Assembly: GCA_964016885.1 (NCBI GenBank)
Contig: OZ024747.1
Coordinates: forward strand, 86,366,001 to 86,430,000
Direction of reading: 5' to 3'
Source of the DNA: Eledone cirrhosa
Lineage: Eukaryota
Length of the DNA stretch: 64,000 nt
Shown: in pieces, positions 63,479 through 64,000 of the stretch
Numbering within the stretch: the first letter of the stretch is position 1
Layout of the letters: every line of letters starts with the position of its first letter
The notes under the pieces: generated by a model
Told to the model about the DNA's origin: nothing
The model's database searches: none
The model's input: the letters and a program-made list of their open reading frames with translations, nothing else
Translations under genes and position numbers: made by a program

Positions 63479-64000
63479 ATTATGCTAAGAATATACAGCT
63501 AGGAAGTAAAAGAAGAACATTATTTGTCCCCAACCTGTCAAAATAAGCAGAAGTCTTCAATAATCAATGCAAACGAATATTTAGTGCAATCTTTGTACAC
63601 ATAAAACTATGCTGATAATGAAGGAAAACACTGAAGAGGATGTAGTTATACAAATGATTAAAGACAATACACATTGCAAATCTTTAAAAAAACAGGAGTT
63701 TTGCTAAAGTACAAAAAGTTGTAATGAAAGCTGAGTTGTCTACAAACAAAAAAAACAATGAGAGTAGAATAAGAGAAAATCTATTCTTTGAGAGCATCCT
63801 TTGCTGTGCATGGTTAAATTTTTAACTTATCTCGTCGACTGCCAACTCGTGAGCAGGCAACTTAGAATTGTCCGTGCGAAAAGCAAGGTTCATCCAAGTG
63901 AATTCCAGCGACGGACAGAGTTTGACCTTGCGACTTGTTTATGGACATCGCAAAGGCAACACGAAGGGGAAATTGGGTTCGGCGAAAGGAGAAGGGAGTA

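Overview
AT-rich, repeat-dominated animal genomic DNA, probably cephalopod/Octopus-like (inferred from the SINE/LINE repertoire and huge TA microsatellites; not proven). Positions 1-20.9 kb are mostly (TA)n-type microsatellite, including one block of about 13 kb. At 20.93-23.89 kb is a head-to-tail array of about 6.4 near-identical 466-468 bp units. Each unit carries a complete type I hammerhead ribozyme (HHR) on the minus strand, several other hairpins and an octamer motif, so the array is a candidate non-LTR retrozyme (self-cleaving satellite) and the most notable signal here. After a 200-N gap come the last 10 coding exons of a calcium-independent phospholipase A2 beta gene (PLA2G6/iPLA2-VIA-like, + strand, 24428-36466), with consistent splice phases and intact catalytic motifs; its 5' exons are not visible. 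The remainder is transposon debris: CR1-clade and RTE LINEs, SINEs, piggyBac-type MITEs, a Helitron 3' end and two Penelope-like element remnants with GIY-YIG endonuclease. About ten more dispersed HHR motifs occur, several inside long palindromes. The long Y/I/M/C/V/H/T-rich ORFs are microsatellite artefacts. All RNA structures were read by eye; none were computed or tested.
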